Shown here: piece after piece, positions 37,504 through 48,226 of the stretch | Layout: each line of letters begins with the position of its first letter | How positions within the stretch are numbered: the stretch's first letter is position 1 | Origin: Gemmatimonadaceae bacterium | GTDB taxonomy: Bacteria; Gemmatimonadota; Gemmatimonadetes; Gemmatimonadales; Gemmatimonadaceae | DNA length: 64,000 bases | Assembly (NCBI GenBank): GCA_044224875.1 | Contig: JBGAJQ010000015.1 | Coordinates: 1 to 64,000, forward strand | Direction of reading: 5' to 3' | Notes under the pieces: generated by a model | The model's input: only the letters and a program-made list of their open reading frames with translations | What the model was told of the DNA's origin: nothing | Database searches by the model: none | Position numbers and translations under genes: made by a program

Positions 37504-37525
37504 GAAGAAGGGGCCCGAAGGCCCC
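37504..37525 (-). terminator. UUCG-tetraloop hairpin terminator after the DUF4097 genes
   Basis: Minus strand GGGGCC-TTCG-GGCCCC-TTCTTC. Confidence 0.55.
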
Positions 37526-37534
37526 CAGCCGCAC

Positions 37535-38326
37535 TCAAGACTTGTACAGGCGAACGCCTCCGTTCACCGTCCGGAACTCCAAGCGGCGACCGCCTTTACC
37601 TACCGTCGCCCGCACGTGCCTTGGGCTGATTTTCCCGGTCACCGTCAGCGGGAAGTCCGACGTCACTCCGCCGTTGACGGTGCGCATGTCCAGGTCCGCG
37701 TCCAATCCTTCCGGCACGTACACCTCGATCGACCCGTTCACGGTTTCGAACTCCAGATCCTTCTCACCCAACGTGCCCATGTGGGCTTCGATGCTGCCGT
37801 TTACGGTGGACGCCGAAACCGGGCCGCCAGTCGAACGCGCGTAAATGGTGCCGTTGACTGTTCTCGCCTCCACGGCGGCTGTTGCGCCCTCGATGTGCAG
37901 TCCACCGTTGATGGTATTCAGGTCCAACCGCACGCCTTGGGCCACCTTCACCACGAATTCCACGCTGATCTCGTTGCGGTCGTCACGCCAGCCACGTTCG
38001 CGCTCTCGGTGATAGCCGTTCTCGTCGCAACGCGTGGTCTCGTACCAGACGGCGCAGATCAGCATGTCGCCGTCTCCCACCTTGAGTGTTTCGAAGCGAA
38101 CAATCGTCGGGTTGCCGCGCCGCCACTTCTTTTCTGCCGTGACGGTGGTCTTGTCGCCATCGCCGCGCTCCACGCGAATCGGACCGTTCAGGTTTCGAAT
38201 GTAGAGCCAGTGCCCGCTCTCTATGCGCCCATCCCAGGAGAACGCGCGTTCCGTGCTGCGCTCCTGGCCGAGCGCCAGCTGCGAGGTCAGGGACAACAGG
38301 GCCAGGGCATATGTCAACTTCTGCAC
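37535..38326 (-). CDS. DUF4097 family beta-strand repeat protein
   Basis: Signal peptide; repeated TVNG.I/V motifs. Confidence 0.85.
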   Translation of the reverse strand: MQKLTYALALLSLTSQLALGQERSTERAFSWDGRIESGHWLYIRNLNGPIRVERGDGDKTTVTAEKKWRRGNPTIVRFETLKVGDGDMLICAVWYETTRCDENGYHRERERGWRDDRNEISVEFVVKVAQGVRLDLNTINGGLHIEGATAAVEARTVNGTIYARSTGGPVSASTVNGSIEAHMGTLGEKDLEFETVNGSIEVYVPEGLDADLDMRTVNGGVTSDFPLTVTGKISPRHVRATVGKGGRRLEFRTVNGGVRLYKS

Positions 38327-38342
38327 GGGAAATCTCCTCTGC

Positions 38343-39392
38343 CTAACGGCTTGCGCCGTGTTGCGTAATCTTCACGTCGCCGCTGAAGGACTCGGCGACA
38401 ATGCGTGCCTCGCCGTTTCCGACGGTGAACTCGAATCGCCGCGGGCGACGGTTGGTGCGTTCACCCGGCTGTAACGTCATGGGGAAGTCCGAATCGATCC
38501 CCCCACTGTATGTCTCGATGCTGAAGCGCGCGCTGATGGACTTCGGCAGGTCCAACGAAACCTCACCGGAATGCGAGTGGAACTCGTATCGCCCATTCCC
38601 TTCCACGCTGCCGCTGAACGTGACCTCGCCGCTGACGGTCGAGGCATACACGTCCGTCGACCGCACGTCGGTGAGCGTGATTTCCGAACTCGTGGTTTCC
38701 ACGCGCACGCCACCGCGAATATCCTCCAGGTCCACATCGCCGCTGACGCTGTTGGCCTCCACGTCGCCGTCCACCTCAGTGACCTGGATATCCCCAGACA
38801 CATTTTCGACCGTGACACGTCCCTTGGCGTTCTTCACGATCACGTCGCCACTCGTACTGTTGGCTTCCACCGGACCGCGTGTGTCGTGCGCCGTCACGTC
38901 GCCCGAGGTGCTGCGCATGATGACGCGCGCTCCCTCCGGGATGGAGACGTCGATCCGCGTGTCGCCGGTGCGGCCGCGCACTGGCTCTGTTTCCACGGTG
39001 ATGCGCGACGACGAGAGATTGGACCGGAACCGTCCGCGCTCGCTGTAGGCACGCACGCGCGCCTCGTTCCGGCTCCATCCGTTCACCACGATCTCCCCGG
39101 AGATGTTGGAGAGGTCTACCACGCCATCCTTCGAGAAGGCGAAGGTGGTGTCGATCTTCTCTTCCATGTAGCCCGAGCGATCGCGGCGATCGCTGAACTC
39201 CCAGTCGCTTTCCTTGATCGCCTGCTCCACGGCGCGACTGACACGTTCGGCCGTGCGCTCGGCGATGGCGCTCAGACGGTCCGCCATCCGCTCGATGCGG
39301 CGTTCAACGTCCTGCGCGTGTGCGGAAGGTGCCACGCATGCGGCGAACACCACCCCGGCGATCCAGATCGTTCGTGTCTTCATGTCACTCAC
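38343..39392 (-). CDS. DUF4097 family beta-strand repeat protein
   Basis: Signal peptide; repeated S(T/V)SGD(V/I) motifs. Confidence 0.85.
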   Translation of the reverse strand: MSDMKTRTIWIAGVVFAACVAPSAHAQDVERRIERMADRLSAIAERTAERVSRAVEQAIKESDWEFSDRRDRSGYMEEKIDTTFAFSKDGVVDLSNISGEIVVNGWSRNEARVRAYSERGRFRSNLSSSRITVETEPVRGRTGDTRIDVSIPEGARVIMRSTSGDVTAHDTRGPVEANSTSGDVIVKNAKGRVTVENVSGDIQVTEVDGDVEANSVSGDVDLEDIRGGVRVETTSSEITLTDVRSTDVYASTVSGEVTFSGSVEGNGRYEFHSHSGEVSLDLPKSISARFSIETYSGGIDSDFPMTLQPGERTNRRPRRFEFTVGNGEARIVAESFSGDVKITQHGASR

Positions 39393-39394
39393 CG

Positions 39395-40204
39395 TTAGGC
39401 ACGGGATGGCAGTAACGCCACCGTGCGCAGCAACCCGAGCTTCTTCTCGAGGGCCTTGTTCAATTGTTCACTCAGGAACTTCGATGCCGGGTCGGTCGCC
39501 AGCGCGGAACGCGCCTCGGCGATCGCTCGATCGATCGTCGTCAGGGAATTCTCGATGACCGCAACCGTCGACGGATCGAGGTCCGACCGTCGCTGGTCAA
39601 TGATCTGCCGAAGGTCGGCGATCTCCCGGTCGTACGTGACCTTCACCGGGACGCGGACGCGTGCGGCGGCGCTGTTGGCCACTGGCTGCGCGGTGCTCCC
39701 AACAACCACAGGAGCTCCCTCGGGAGCCTGCGTTCCGGCCGGTGTCACCTCACGGACCGAATCAGTGTTAGGCGCGGTCGCGGCCACCTGACTGGAGTCC
39801 CGGCCGCCCGACTGAAGTCGCGACTTGGTGGCGAAGTACGTCACCGAGGAACTGATGGTGATGAGTGCCGCGGCGGCGACGCCCCATCGCACCACGCGCG
39901 CCGGCGCCATGAAGTGACGTCGCGTGTCACGCGACGAACGAGCGGCGCCAAAGACCGGGGCAACGACGACCTCCTGATCCAGCCTGGCGGCGATTCCCGC
40001 CCAGAGGTCGCGAGTCGGCTCCAACACCGGCAGATTCAACGCATCGCGCTGGAGCTTCTCCAGGTCACGCATCAGGGCCGCGCAGCGCAGGCAGGACACG
40101 CGATGGGCGTTCATCGCCTCCTGCATTGGCGCGTCGAGCGTCCCCTCCAGCAACTCGGAGAGACGATCGTCAAACCCTGTGCACGTCATGCTGATCGGTG
40201 TCAT
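39395..40204 (-). CDS. zf-HC2 membrane-anchored anti-sigma factor
   Basis: C...LSELLEG.L...HRVSCLRC; DLWAGI; TM WGVAAAALITI. Confidence 0.85.
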   Translation of the reverse strand: MTPISMTCTGFDDRLSELLEGTLDAPMQEAMNAHRVSCLRCAALMRDLEKLQRDALNLPVLEPTRDLWAGIAARLDQEVVVAPVFGAARSSRDTRRHFMAPARVVRWGVAAAALITISSSVTYFATKSRLQSGGRDSSQVAATAPNTDSVREVTPAGTQAPEGAPVVVGSTAQPVANSAAARVRVPVKVTYDREIADLRQIIDQRRSDLDPSTVAVIENSLTTIDRAIAEARSALATDPASKFLSEQLNKALEKKLGLLRTVALLPSRA

Positions 40205-40764
40205 CGGTTCAGTGCCTCGCGTAACAGCATCCTGGCGCGATGAAGCTGCGCCTTGCTCCCACCTGACGTGATTTCCAACATCTCGGCAATCTCTTCGTGC
40301 TTGTATCCTTCCACGTCGTGCAGAACGAACACCCTTCGTGCGCCAGGCGGAAGACCGGCGATGGCTCGTTCAAGGTCCAGCGAATCCCCAGGCGCAAGCG
40401 TCAGCGTTGCGTGCGGCAACTCGTCGATGGCGTCCCCATCGTCGCTGATCCGTTGGTTCGAACGACCCTCCGACTTCCGCGCGTTCAACACCACGTTCAC
40501 GGCCAGCCGATGCAGCCAGGTGCTGAATGCGCTCTCCCCACGAAACAGGTTGAGCTTCTGCCACGCCCGAACGAACACGTCCTGCGTCAGCTCTTCCGCT
40601 CGCGACCTGTCGCCCACCATGCGAGCACAGACGGCGTACACTCGGTTGACGTTGCCGCGGTACAGGCGTTCGAATGCGGTACGATCCCCCGCCGCCGCCA
40701 AGGCGACGTCAGCCGCGATCTGCTCCGCTTCAAAGGCCTCGTCGTCGACTCTCGGCACCGTCAT
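40201..40764 (-). CDS. ECF RNA polymerase sigma factor
   Basis: AFERLY, AEELTQDVFVRAW, FSTWLHRLAVN, LHDVEGYKHEEIA, SKAQLHRAR. Confidence 0.93.
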   Translation of the reverse strand: MTVPRVDDEAFEAEQIAADVALAAAGDRTAFERLYRGNVNRVYAVCARMVGDRSRAEELTQDVFVRAWQKLNLFRGESAFSTWLHRLAVNVVLNARKSEGRSNQRISDDGDAIDELPHATLTLAPGDSLDLERAIAGLPPGARRVFVLHDVEGYKHEEIAEMLEITSGGSKAQLHRARMLLREALNR

Positions 40765-40827
40765 CTAGACTGTCGATTTCTGCGCTCGCCAATGAGATAG
40801 CGCGTTCGACAGGAAGGTTTGAACGCT

Positions 40828-41499
40828 TCAGGCAGGGCCGCGCCGCCAAACTGCGTCGATGAGCTCGGGGATTTCCCGCGGCCGATGTGCAACATATGAC
40901 GGAGTCGCGGCCAGAAGAGTGTCAGCGGGGAAGGCGCCCCAGGTGGCAGCGATGGTCGTAACTCCCGCCGAGTTGCCCGCTTGGACGTCGAAAGGGGAGT
41001 CACCCACGAAGACCGCCCGCCCCGGATGGCCCCCGAGCCGCTCCAGGGCGAATTGGACCGGTTGCGGGTCCGGCTTGTGGCGTTCGGTGGCGTCACAGCC
41101 GACGAGGACCTCGAAGTGGTGCTCCAGGCGCACGTGGCTAAGCGAGCGTCGAGCGATCGCATCCATCTTGGACGTGACAATGCCTAATCGGTGTCCCGCG
41201 GCCCGGAGGGCCAGCACCGCGTCCTCCACGCCGTCGTAAAGAGTCGTTAGGCGGTCGTGGTGCTCGAGTTGATAGGTGCGGTAATTGGCGATCAGCGTCG
41301 CCATTTCTTCTGGCGAGCGAACATACGGCCCGAACTGCGCAACGAGGGGACGCCCAATGCCGGCGATGAACTCCTCCTCGGTCGGCCTCGGGCCATCGTG
41401 GGAGTCGAAGGCGAAGTGGGCGGCCTGGATGATCAGGGCAATCGAGTCGATCAGCGTGCCGTCGAGGTCGAACAGGACCGTGAGCGCGGGTGCAGGCAT
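40828..41499 (-). CDS. HAD-IA hydrolase (PpaX/phosphoglycolate phosphatase-like)
   Basis: FDLDGTLIDS, IVTSK, HKPDP, VGDSPFD. Confidence 0.9.
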   Translation of the reverse strand: MPAPALTVLFDLDGTLIDSIALIIQAAHFAFDSHDGPRPTEEEFIAGIGRPLVAQFGPYVRSPEEMATLIANYRTYQLEHHDRLTTLYDGVEDAVLALRAAGHRLGIVTSKMDAIARRSLSHVRLEHHFEVLVGCDATERHKPDPQPVQFALERLGGHPGRAVFVGDSPFDVQAGNSAGVTTIAATWGAFPADTLLAATPSYVAHRPREIPELIDAVWRRGPA

Positions 41500-41531
41500 G
41501 CGGTGAAGCTAGCAGCCGACGACACGGTTCG

Positions 41532-43799
41532 TCACGCGGGGAGCGGTTGTGGTGTCACGACGAGCGCCAGTTCGAGGTGCGGCGTCTCGTCGGGCTCGAC
41601 GAGGTCCGGGCGACCGCCCGCCCACAGCGCCTCGAGCCGTTCTAGGCGCGCCAAGCCAGTTGGATGCGTTCGTGCCTCGGCCAAGGCATTGGCCAACGCG
41701 CGTTCGGCGCCGGCGCCGCGGGCCTGTTGTACCCAGCGTCGAAGGATCGTTAGGCGCCCGGCGGCACGTAGCCGCACGTTGCGGCGCAGGCCCACCTCTA
41801 GATCAGCGAGCAGCCGCAGCGCGGCCCTGTGCGTTGGTGAGTCCCCGACTTCCACGGCCGACACCGCAGCACGCGCCTGTTCTCGTGACCTCCAGTCACT
41901 GAAGCGCTTGGCGACTTCGGCGAGGCAGGATGGGTCGCCCGCGGCATTACGCTCGAAGTGGTGGAGCCATCGAACGATCTCCTCCGGGTCCTCACCGACG
42001 AGCGTGGGTGTGGCGACCAGCAGTCGCGGGGGCTGTGGTCCCGTCACCAGCAACAGCGCGATCCAGTGGGAGATGTTGGGTTGGTGAAGCACGCAGGCGG
42101 CTGGCAGCACGTGCTCCTCGAGTGCTTCGTCCGGGTGCCCGCGCCACTTGGCAAGGTGTCGTTGCATGTTCGCAGTCAGCTCGAACTGGCCACTTCCGTC
42201 GGCGGGATGAGTGCCGGACCAAGGTACCCCATGCAGCATGTCGCCGGCGCCGACCAGTCGCTGCGCTGCCGCGGCTTTCCGCTGCAGCGTCCGAATGATG
42301 CCCACCAACTCCTCGGCGCTTACCGGCAGCTCAAACGCACTCACGCCGATGGACGAATGCAAGGATTCCGGCCTCCGAAGGCGACCAACGCGCTGGTGGA
42401 CACGAGCGGGCGTCCAGGGCAGGTCCACATGGAGGAGCTCTCGGAAGCGACCGAGATTGACGCCTTCGCTCAGCAAGTCGGTAGTGATCAGGGCGTGCAC
42501 GGGGAGGCGTGGGTCGGGGCGGTTGGCCGCCGCCGGATGAGCGGCGGCGAGCACGTCGTCGCGGGACAGGCGGCCGGCGCCGGTGACGCCACCCTTGGCC
42601 GTCAGCAGCATCACGCCCCGCTGTGACGGCAGGCGTCGAAAGAGCATGCGAGCGGTCTCCGTGTACTGCGTGAACGCCACCACGCCGCCCTCGTGATCGC
42701 GCTCGATGAGCGCACCAAGATGCGCGGCGCGTGCCGCATCCACGTCTGGGCCCGTCGCCAGCGCGTCCAGCGCGAGCTGCAAGCCCGTCATATGTGCGTC
42801 GAGTCGCTCCAGGAGGACTGAGGTGCCGGACGGGCTCGCCGCTGTCGCGACGACCAGTGGGGCGAATGCCAGCTGCAACGCCTCGGGGTACAATTGCCAG
42901 CTGCCCAGCTCCGCGCGGTTCGGGTAGCGGCCCTCCTGCAGGGCATCGGCAAGGGCGGCGGCACGCATCCACATGCGACGCATGGCGTGACGCAGGGCGG
43001 CCGTACTCGACATCCAGAGACGCAGCAACAGAAGCCCCAGGAGTGCGTCGGCGGCTCCGCCATCGCTTGGCGGGACGGGCGCCGGGATGCGCGTCAGTGT
43101 CGAGAGCAGCGCCTCCCCATGGGGAAGCGTCAGCCAATGAATCGGTTCGGTCGCTGGAAGTCGCTCGGCGACGCCGAGGTCGGCTGCGGTGTGCCGGACC
43201 GTACAGCGACGGAGCACGTCGTCGGGCACGTGGTGAGCGCGGGCACCTAGGAAGAATGAGAGGAGGTGACGCACGTCGCGTTCCCGGTTGTGGAGCGGCG
43301 TGGCCGTCAGTAGCAACACGCGGGCATTCACCGTCAGGTGAACGACGGCGTCATGGCGCCTGGTCCGCGGATTCCGGAGGTGGTGTGCCTCATCGAGGAT
43401 GACGAAGTCCGGTGTTTCGCGCGGCTTGTGTCCGCGACTCAGCTGTTCATAGGAGACAAACTCAAAGGTGCGAGCGGCGCGCTGGCCTGCATCTCGCCAC
43501 ATCTCCCGGAGCGTCGCTGGCGCAAGGACCAGCAGTCGAACCGCGTCACGAGATGCGGCGAGCGCCGTGAAGGTCTTCCCCATGCCCACATCGTCTGCTA
43601 GCAGCGCACCGCCCAAGTGTGACAGCGCCTGCTGGATGGCGCGAAGGGCGCTTACCTGGTGCGGACGCAGGGTGATTTCTCCGAGCGTGATCGGCTCGCT
43701 TGAACAGGGGATGAGGGCGTGGGCGATACGGCGGCGGGCGTCGGACGGCGACAAGGCGCGCCATGAATACTCCGTCGCCGGCTCTAGCGAGACTGCCAC
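41532..43799 (-). CDS. SNF2-like SF2 helicase
   Basis: LRPHQ, LLADDVGMGKT, LDEAHH, LTATP, TDLLSEGVNL, DLPWTP....QRVGRL. Confidence 0.88.
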   Translation of the reverse strand: MAVSLEPATEYSWRALSPSDARRRIAHALIPCSSEPITLGEITLRPHQVSALRAIQQALSHLGGALLADDVGMGKTFTALAASRDAVRLLVLAPATLREMWRDAGQRAARTFEFVSYEQLSRGHKPRETPDFVILDEAHHLRNPRTRRHDAVVHLTVNARVLLLTATPLHNRERDVRHLLSFFLGARAHHVPDDVLRRCTVRHTAADLGVAERLPATEPIHWLTLPHGEALLSTLTRIPAPVPPSDGGAADALLGLLLLRLWMSSTAALRHAMRRMWMRAAALADALQEGRYPNRAELGSWQLYPEALQLAFAPLVVATAASPSGTSVLLERLDAHMTGLQLALDALATGPDVDAARAAHLGALIERDHEGGVVAFTQYTETARMLFRRLPSQRGVMLLTAKGGVTGAGRLSRDDVLAAAHPAAANRPDPRLPVHALITTDLLSEGVNLGRFRELLHVDLPWTPARVHQRVGRLRRPESLHSSIGVSAFELPVSAEELVGIIRTLQRKAAAAQRLVGAGDMLHGVPWSGTHPADGSGQFELTANMQRHLAKWRGHPDEALEEHVLPAACVLHQPNISHWIALLLVTGPQPPRLLVATPTLVGEDPEEIVRWLHHFERNAAGDPSCLAEVAKRFSDWRSREQARAAVSAVEVGDSPTHRAALRLLADLEVGLRRNVRLRAAGRLTILRRWVQQARGAGAERALANALAEARTHPTGLARLERLEALWAGGRPDLVEPDETPHLELALVVTPQPLPA

Positions 43800-46700
43800 G
43801 CGATCAGTTCGATCACGGTGGACGCGCGCACGCGAAAGGCTCGCACGGCGGCGTCAACGAGTTCCGATGGTCCAACGCGTTCGCCTCGCGACGCTCGCTC
43901 GCCCAGTGGTCCCAGTACTTCGCGGGCGCGCGCCCAATCCCGTGGTACGGGCAGCCGACCGACCGTCCACGCCATGTAGCGATGGTATCCGCCCCGAGCC
44001 GGTTCAGCTACAACGCTCAGCCACGCCGCGGCCAGCGGTGAGTTGAGCCACGCGGCGAACGTGAAGGCGTCCATGAGGTCGCGGCAGGCGAGCACGTAAC
44101 AGCTGTTCAAGGCCACCGTGGGATCTCCCGGGTTCAGGACGAGCGCACTCGGTGCCCGGCCCATGTCCGCCCAGACCACGCGCGGCTTGAGCGGAGACGT
44201 GCCCTCCAGGCGAAAGAGTGACCACCAGGTCTGCGCCCCCCGTGCGTCCGAACGACTCATCAAGCGGCGCCGCCAGGGGTTGAGCCACGTACGCGCGCCC
44301 GGGGGCAGGTCGTGTAACACGCTCCCCCCGTTCGTATGTGGGTATACGATGGCCTCGCTTCGTGCATCCCGAGCCCACGCCCTTACCGCCTCGCCCCGCA
44401 GGACGGGTCGCAACACCACGTTCTCCACGCGGCCGCGGCGCGACCCGTCGGTGACGAGCGACTCGCCACGATCACTGTCGAGCACCCGGACCAGGTAGGC
44501 TTCGTTGCAGCCGCTCTTTACGCCGAGCGTTGGTCGCCCGAGCCCACTCCCGGCGAGCGCGACTCCGGCGCGCGCAATACGGTCGAAGGCCGTGCGCGCG
44601 TCGGGTGGCAGGATGAGCCAGGGGGCCCCGGGGGAGTCGTCGAGGGCCACGTCGGCGCGTTGCGCGCGCCACGAAATCGCCAGGTCTCGCCGGTGGAGGC
44701 AAAGGGTCACCGGGTTGGACTCGGCGGTCGTTCCCCGCCGCACCACCACGAGGGATGGGTACACCGCCGCGTCGAAGGATGCCGGCGCTTCGGACCAGTC
44801 TTCTAGCAGCTGCAACCGATTCCAGTCCGTGCACAGGCGTCGCACCCCGCCGCCGGCGAGCGATCGCCACAGCTTGGCCGGCACCAGCAGGGCGACGGTC
44901 CCGTCCTCACGTGCGAGGTCCACCGCGCGCTCGGTGAACAACGCGGCAAGGTCTACCTGTGCGGCGAAGCCGCGACCGGCCCCGGCGTCCGTCGCGCCGC
45001 GCTCCCAAGACGCTTCCCTGTAGACGCGGTACGTGCGCTTGAGCTCGGGGCGCACGTCGGGCGGAATGCGATGCAGCCGCACCCACGGCGGGTTGCCAAG
45101 CACCACGTCGAATCCGCCGTTGGCGGCGGCATCCGGAAAGTGCGACGGAAAGGAAAACGGTATGGACCTCCCATCGCGAATCTCACGCAGGCGCTGGCGG
45201 CACGCCCGCGAGCGCGCCTTCAAGTCCACCAGCGCCTCTGGTTCGGCGCCCACAGCGCCGCGTCGTCCGCCAAACAGGTCCCGGCCCCGAGCGGCGACCA
45301 CCAAGTCCCGCCGTTGGGCTGCCAGCGATTCGATCGTCGCCATCAACACGCGTTCTGCGCTCATCTGCACGTGCCGGTCCAGGGATCGGCCCAAGGCACG
45401 CTTTCGAGCACCGACACTCCTGGCGTACCGCAGGTGCAACCGGCTCATGGTGGCGGTGGCGCGCTGATCCGGCCGCCAGGTGTCGAACGCCGGCGCGCGG
45501 ATGGTGTCGCCAACGCGCACGTTGTGGTCCAGGTTGGGCAGGGCGGGGACCGACATCGGGTCCGTGACGGTGCACTCGAGAACGACCGACAGCCACAACC
45601 GCAGCTCGCACAGCCACACGGCCGTCGGATGCAGGTCCACACCGTAGATGTTCCGCGCGACGATCCGGGCGCGGCGTGTAGTCTCGTCCACGGGGTCACC
45701 GGCGACACGTGCGTAAGCGGAGAGGCGCTCCAAGGCGTGCACCAGGAAGGCGCCAGACCCGCACGCCGGATCGAGCACACGAATGGCAGTCACGGCGTCG
45801 GACAGTGTCCGTGACATGACCGCATCCAGCGAGCCACCGCGAACCGCGGCTTCCACCGCGTCCACGTCCACACCGCGCGCACCTAACGAATCGCGGAACG
45901 CGGCATCGGTGACCCGTTCCACCAATGCTTGCGGCGTGTAGAACGTCCCCGTGGTCCGTCGTTCGTCCGAGGCCATCAGCGACTCAAAAGCCCTTCCGAG
46001 CATCTCTGGGTCGATGGCCAGCTCCGACCATCCCGCGTCATCCTCCCGCGACGTGAAGCGGTACCTGAACAGCACGTCTTCGCCGAGTGACGCCAGGTCG
46101 TCATCCGAGAAGCGCGTGCCACGATAGCGCACCTCGAGCGGGGTGCGCTGAAACAACCCGCCGTTGAGGAATGGCACGCGACCAAAAGCTTTGGCGGCCG
46201 GCGCACGGCGTGACGGTGGTGTGTTCAGCGTCCCAAAGAAGAGCGGCTCTAAGACGCGCCGCTGTACGCTGTCGCCGGCAGCGAGGCACGCGTCCAAGGC
46301 CCGGCTCAGAAAGGTGCGATCGCCGTTCAACCATCCACGCCCCTCCAAAAATCCGAGGAACAGGAGCCGAGAGGTCGTTAGGAGCGACAACTCGCGCCGA
46401 ACGTTCGGTGGTGCGTTTCCCCTCGCGTTGGAGGCGAGTCGATCCACGGCGCGTTCCAACGAGCGGTAGAAGCGCTGTGACAGGGCTTCCCGACCCAGGA
46501 TCTCACGCCATCGTGCGTGAACGATGCGATCGTCGCCGCGCGATGCGGCACAGAGGGCGCCGAACGACTCGACATCGCTTTCGGTGACATGGTCGCGAGC
46601 GACCAGAAGGGCGGAGACGGCCGGCGTGGGAGTGGTCGCACTCCAGCAGGCCAGCCCGAGCGCGTCATCTCCGTGCGTCACCAGCAACCATAGAAGGTGC

Positions 46701-46966
46701 GGCGCTCGCGCGGCCATGCGCCGCGCGATTCTGACGAGGACATCGCGCGTCGGTGCTTCTTGAAGTTGAACGACAATGGCACGAAGGGCTCCTCGGCCAC
46801 GCGCTATGCCGGCCTGAGAAATGTCCTCCGGTAGTCCAACAGCTGCTCTCGTGTGTTCATCCGCGGGATGCGGCGCTGGGAAGCCTAGGGCAGCGAGGAG
46901 GGACGGCATACCTGACGGCGTGGTGGCGCCATGAAGGGCGTCTCTGAGTTCGGCGAGAGTCGGCAC
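43784..46966 (-). CDS. large N6-adenine DNA methyltransferase (Eco57I/type IIG-like, gamma class)
   Basis: PFLNGGLF, DPEMLGRAFESL, GTFYTP, VLDPACGSGAFL, FDVVLGNPPW, TRD-like C-terminus ending WLNS. Confidence 0.88.
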   Translation of the reverse strand: MPTLAELRDALHGATTPSGMPSLLAALGFPAPHPADEHTRAAVGLPEDISQAGIARGRGALRAIVVQLQEAPTRDVLVRIARRMAARAPHLLWLLVTHGDDALGLACWSATTPTPAVSALLVARDHVTESDVESFGALCAASRGDDRIVHARWREILGREALSQRFYRSLERAVDRLASNARGNAPPNVRRELSLLTTSRLLFLGFLEGRGWLNGDRTFLSRALDACLAAGDSVQRRVLEPLFFGTLNTPPSRRAPAAKAFGRVPFLNGGLFQRTPLEVRYRGTRFSDDDLASLGEDVLFRYRFTSREDDAGWSELAIDPEMLGRAFESLMASDERRTTGTFYTPQALVERVTDAAFRDSLGARGVDVDAVEAAVRGGSLDAVMSRTLSDAVTAIRVLDPACGSGAFLVHALERLSAYARVAGDPVDETTRRARIVARNIYGVDLHPTAVWLCELRLWLSVVLECTVTDPMSVPALPNLDHNVRVGDTIRAPAFDTWRPDQRATATMSRLHLRYARSVGARKRALGRSLDRHVQMSAERVLMATIESLAAQRRDLVVAARGRDLFGGRRGAVGAEPEALVDLKARSRACRQRLREIRDGRSIPFSFPSHFPDAAANGGFDVVLGNPPWVRLHRIPPDVRPELKRTYRVYREASWERGATDAGAGRGFAAQVDLAALFTERAVDLAREDGTVALLVPAKLWRSLAGGGVRRLCTDWNRLQLLEDWSEAPASFDAAVYPSLVVVRRGTTAESNPVTLCLHRRDLAISWRAQRADVALDDSPGAPWLILPPDARTAFDRIARAGVALAGSGLGRPTLGVKSGCNEAYLVRVLDSDRGESLVTDGSRRGRVENVVLRPVLRGEAVRAWARDARSEAIVYPHTNGGSVLHDLPPGARTWLNPWRRRLMSRSDARGAQTWWSLFRLEGTSPLKPRVVWADMGRAPSALVLNPGDPTVALNSCYVLACRDLMDAFTFAAWLNSPLAAAWLSVVAEPARGGYHRYMAWTVGRLPVPRDWARAREVLGPLGERASRGERVGPSELVDAAVRAFRVRASTVIELIAWQSR

Positions 46967-47170
46967 CCAGCGAGGCTACCAGCGCGGGTCGCGTACGCCG
47001 TCATCGTCCGAACGCACCCCACAGCGAAATCACGCGCGGCTCCAACGGTCGCCATCGCGGTAGTGCGAGAAGAGGCCCTAGGCTCGCCTCTCGGCCACCG
47101 TCAGGTTATCGTCGAGAGGTCCGGTGCTGCGGGATTCCCCGCATTGTCCGTCGTACCCGCTTCGATCGCC

Positions 47171-48226
47171 ATGTCCAAACGACCCTGGTCGATGGATCAA
47201 CATCCGCTCCTGCGGCTGGCCTCGTACTACGTGGCGCTGGCCATCGCGTCCACACTGCTGTGGCTCGCCTTGCCGGACGCGCTGGAGGCCGTGCTCAGGA
47301 AGGCGATGGCCCCGCTCCTTGGCACCACCCCTGAGAGTGTCTTGAGCGGCGGATCGTTGTTGGACACGCCGCAGCCGGCGCTGCCGTCGTTGGCGCCGGC
47401 GTTGGTCGCCGTGATGACGCTCGCCGCAGGCGTGTCCGCCTTCGCGTTGTCCCTGCCGGTGGCGTGGGTGTACATGTTCACGCGCCAGCGGAAAGGCTAC
47501 TCGCAGTCCGTGGTGCAGGCGTTGGTACTGATGCCTGTGGTCATTGCCGTCATCGCGGCCCTGGTGCGCAATAGCATTGCGCTGGCGTTCTCGCTCGCCG
47601 GGATCATTTCGGCCGTCCGTTTCCGCACGACACTCGATGACAGCAAGGATGCCGTGTTCATGTTTGTCGTGACGGCGTTAGGCCTGGCGTGCGGCGTACA
47701 GCTGGAGGTAGCGGCCGTGCTGTCCGTGATGTTCGTGATCATCACGCTGTCCTTCTGGTTCACCGACTTTGCGCGCACGCCACCGGCGCTGGAAGGTTCC
47801 ATGGCGGAGCGGCGATTGGCCAAGGCGATGGCGATGGCCAATCGTACCAGTCAGTTTGTGGCGCGGCTCGACCATGAGATCATCGAGTCGATGGCGCCGG
47901 CGCAGCTCGATTCGTTGGCGGCGCGAGTCGATCGGCGTCGCAAGGAGCTGCACACGGATGCCGAGCCCGAAGAAGGGCCGCGATACGATGGGCGGCTCAA
48001 GGTGACGGTTGCCGATCCAGCGATCGCACAGCCGGTCGTCGAGGCGGTGTTGGCCGCTCAGCTCAAACGCTGGAAGCAAGTGCGCGTAGACCGGCGGGAC
48101 ACCGACGCGGACATGGTGTATGCCGTCCGCCTCAAACGAGGGCAGTCCCTGGCCGAGTTGAAGGACATTGTCGCGCGGGATGCCGCGCCGCACGTCAACT
48201 CAGCCGAAGCGGGGGCTTGGTTGTGA
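47171..48226 (+). CDS. DUF4956 domain membrane protein (paralog of 26233-27270)
   Basis: NSIALAFSLAGIISAVRFRTTLDDSKDAVFMF. Confidence 0.85.
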   Translation: MSKRPWSMDQHPLLRLASYYVALAIASTLLWLALPDALEAVLRKAMAPLLGTTPESVLSGGSLLDTPQPALPSLAPALVAVMTLAAGVSAFALSLPVAWVYMFTRQRKGYSQSVVQALVLMPVVIAVIAALVRNSIALAFSLAGIISAVRFRTTLDDSKDAVFMFVVTALGLACGVQLEVAAVLSVMFVIITLSFWFTDFARTPPALEGSMAERRLAKAMAMANRTSQFVARLDHEIIESMAPAQLDSLAARVDRRRKELHTDAEPEEGPRYDGRLKVTVADPAIAQPVVEAVLAAQLKRWKQVRVDRRDTDADMVYAVRLKRGQSLAELKDIVARDAAPHVNSAEAGAWL

